A DNA stretch of 64,000 bases, from contig CAVXXM010000004.1 of assembly GCA_963765745.1 (NCBI GenBank), forward strand, positions 172,474-236,473, written 5' to 3'. Within the stretch, counting starts at the first letter, position 1, and every line of letters begins with the position of its first letter. Source of the stretch: an uncultured Alphaproteobacteria bacterium (GTDB taxonomy: Bacteria; Pseudomonadota; Alphaproteobacteria; Rhizobiales; Xanthobacteraceae). The notes under the pieces were generated by a model. The model was not told where the DNA came from, searched no databases, and saw only the letters and a program-made list of their open reading frames with translations. The position numbers and the translations under genes were made by a program. Below, in pieces: positions 62,249 to 64,000 of this stretch.

Positions 62249-63247
62249 TCACGCCGCGCGGTTGAGGATCGGCACCAGCTTCGGATGCATATGGGCATCA
62301 TGGCTCTTAAGGAAGCCGATCAGTGCCGCCTCGTTCTCGTGCAACTTGCCGTTCTTGCCGATGCGCTCGGCAGCCCAGCGGGCGTCGGCTTCACTGACCC
62401 GGGGGATCAGGTCGAGGATGGAATCGGTCGCGGGTTCTTTTCGCGGCTCGCCGTCGATCGTCCCGTAGCGATAGGCATCGAACACGGCATTGAGGCTACC
62501 GGCGAGCATCGCGCCCATGAAACCGGAAATGCCCGGTGTCGGCGCATCGAGCCAGGCCGCGCGCCGCAGCGCCTCCGGGCGTGACGGCACTTCATAGCCG
62601 GAGGCCGCCATGAGGAAGTTTGCCAACGCCTTGACGAAGAGATCGGACCAGGCCGGGTCGTTCTCGGCTTCGGCGGTGGCGTCGTTGATGTCGAACAGGA
62701 CTTCGGCCTCCTGCCGTGTAATCGCGATGTTTCCGTCGCCGCCGAACGCGTAGAGGATGCGGCGGACGAGCGCGACCTCGGCCTCGCCGATGACGCCGGG
62801 CAGGAGCCGCCGGTTGCTGCGCGCATGACCGAGATGGCCGTCGCCGACGGTCACGGCGAGCTTGACCTGCTCGAGCGCGAAGCGGACGAGTTTCACGGGG
62901 CTGAGCTTCGCAGACTCGAGCGCCTTCACCAGCAGCTCGAGCTCGGCCGTACTGTCGACGTGCCCTGAATGCGAGATGCGCGCGATCAGCCAGTCGGCGT
63001 TGGCCTCGCTGATATAGCCTAGCGGTTCCATCTGATTGACCAGATAGTCGGCGAGCGCTTCGACGAAGAACGCGGGCCAAGCGGGATCGGCGCTGGCGCC
63101 AAGCCGGTCATTGAGGAAGAACGCCATCTCGGCGTCCTTCTCCGTGACCACGCCCTTCCAGAACACGCGCTTGCGTAGCGTCGCCACGTCTTCGGCCGTG
63201 ATCCGGCCGCTTGCGAGGATTGCCTGTACTTCTTTGCTGTCGGACAT
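62249..63247 (-). CDS. Conserved hypothetical protein with three internal TerB-like repeats
   Basis: 332 aa. Repeated pattern I-x-x-E-(D/A)...L-F/FL-(N)D...DPAW...F(F)V(E/K)ALA(D/N)(Y/F)L. No catalytic motif. Confidence 0.55.
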   Translation of the reverse strand: MSDSKEVQAILASGRITAEDVATLRKRVFWKGVVTEKDAEMAFFLNDRLGASADPAWPAFFVEALADYLVNQMEPLGYISEANADWLIARISHSGHVDSTAELELLVKALESAKLSPVKLVRFALEQVKLAVTVGDGHLGHARSNRRLLPGVIGEAEVALVRRILYAFGGDGNIAITRQEAEVLFDINDATAEAENDPAWSDLFVKALANFLMAASGYEVPSRPEALRRAAWLDAPTPGISGFMGAMLAGSLNAVFDAYRYGTIDGEPRKEPATDSILDLIPRVSEADARWAAERIGKNGKLHENEAALIGFLKSHDAHMHPKLVPILNRAA

Positions 63248-63406
63248 GTCGCCACCGTCTCCGGAACTGAAATCGAGTTCGGCACAGTGGCAGACTTCTC
63301 TTGCAGATTGCTGAATCGCTCTGTGGCCGGCGCTTACCGATTGTGAACCTTAATTGCTGGCTAACGCCACACACGCATCCGACTGCGCGGGAATTCCAGC
63401 CTGATA

Positions 63407-64000
63407 TCAGAGCCAGCGCTTCCACTTGAAGTACGTGTAGGGAAGGATCGCCGAGCCGAGCATCAGCAGGAGCGCCAGCGGATAGCCGAAGGTCCATTCG
63501 AGCTCCGGCATGTGCTTGAAGTTCATGCCGTAGATCGAGGCGATCATGGTCGGCGGCAGCAGCACCACGGCCACCACTGAGAAGATCTTGATCACGTTGT
63601 TCTGGTCGAGCTGCACCAGCCCGAGCACCGCATCGAGCATGAACTGGATCTTGTTGGCGAGGAACGTGGCATGATCGGTAAGCGAGGTCGCGTCGCGCGC
63701 CATGCTCTTGATCTGCGCGCGCTGCTCCTTCGGTAGCTTCAAATTATCCGCCTCGTTGGCGAAGAACAGCACCAAACGGCCGATGGATACCAGGCTCTCG
63801 CGGGTCTTAGACGTAAGATCGGCCTTGCGGCCGATCGCGCGGAGGATGTCCTGATAGGATTCGGAAGGCGGCTTGCGACCGCGGCCATGGCCGAAGATCC
63901 GCCGCGATACGATCTCGATCTCGGCGCTGTCGCGCTCCAGGACGTCGGCGGCGCGGTCGATGATGTTGTCGAGCAGATCGATCAGCACGCCTTCGCCGGC
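63407..64000 (-). CDS. corA: CorA-family magnesium/cobalt transporter, C-terminal part; gene start beyond window end
   Basis: YGMNF (GMN motif) followed by two TM helices and KWKRWL-stop. The reading frame is open to the window edge. Confidence 0.85.
   Translation of the reverse strand, partial: AGEGVLIDLLDNIIDRAADVLERDSAEIEIVSRRIFGHGRGRKPPSESYQDILRAIGRKADLTSKTRESLVSIGRLVLFFANEADNLKLPKEQRAQIKSMARDATSLTDHATFLANKIQFMLDAVLGLVQLDQNNVIKIFSVVAVVLLPPTMIASIYGMNFKHMPELEWTFGYPLALLLMLGSAILPYTYFKWKRWL

Noticed and set aside
1-64000. Mobile elements, prophage, defence systems, CRISPR, tRNA or rRNA
   Set aside because: No transposase, integrase or phage-like proteins appear in the six-frame track. There are no repeat-spacer arrays, and none of the intergenic regions I read has a cloverleaf-capable sequence. 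A tRNA scan was not run, so small RNAs cannot be fully excluded.

Overview
High-GC (~65%) chromosomal segment. Protein families, gene order and GTCATTCCGGGGCGC-type palindromic repeats suggest core genome of a Bradyrhizobium/Rhodopseudomonas/Afipia-like alphaproteobacterium (inference). It holds about 60 tightly packed protein genes on both strands. Housekeeping genes: ppdK, glyQ/glyS, ispB, ispE, dxs, nadA/nadB/nadC plus a NadQ-like regulator, tag, ygfZ, xseB, ald, ribBA, aroC, fabI, pdxH, partial corA. Signalling genes: an MCP, a membrane diguanylate cyclase, an ECF sigma/anti-sigma pair. There are also many conserved hypothetical secreted or membrane proteins. I found no rRNA, tRNA, CRISPR array, transposase, integrase or phage gene, so this is an ordinary region rather than an island.

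The dominant peculiarity is about two dozen single-nucleotide frame breaks in well-conserved genes, including essential glyS and fabI. They cluster in glyS, the NAD genes and an APH-like gene, while ppdK, dxs, aroC, ribBA and a 2.6-kb DUF2339 gene are intact. Consensus indel error is the most economical explanation, but the uneven distribution deserves a check.

The candidates worth a second look are modest:
- a tandem pair of uncharacterised membrane-anchored GHSGG hydrolase-like paralogs wedged between xseB/pirin and dxs
- a tandemly duplicated small-membrane-protein module, each copy with a conserved anti-SD hairpin and its own terminator
- two repeated operator-like sites upstream of nadA
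- REP/MITE-like nested palindromes

CDS coordinates come from ORF-track arithmetic. Motifs located by eye may be off by 1-2 nt.
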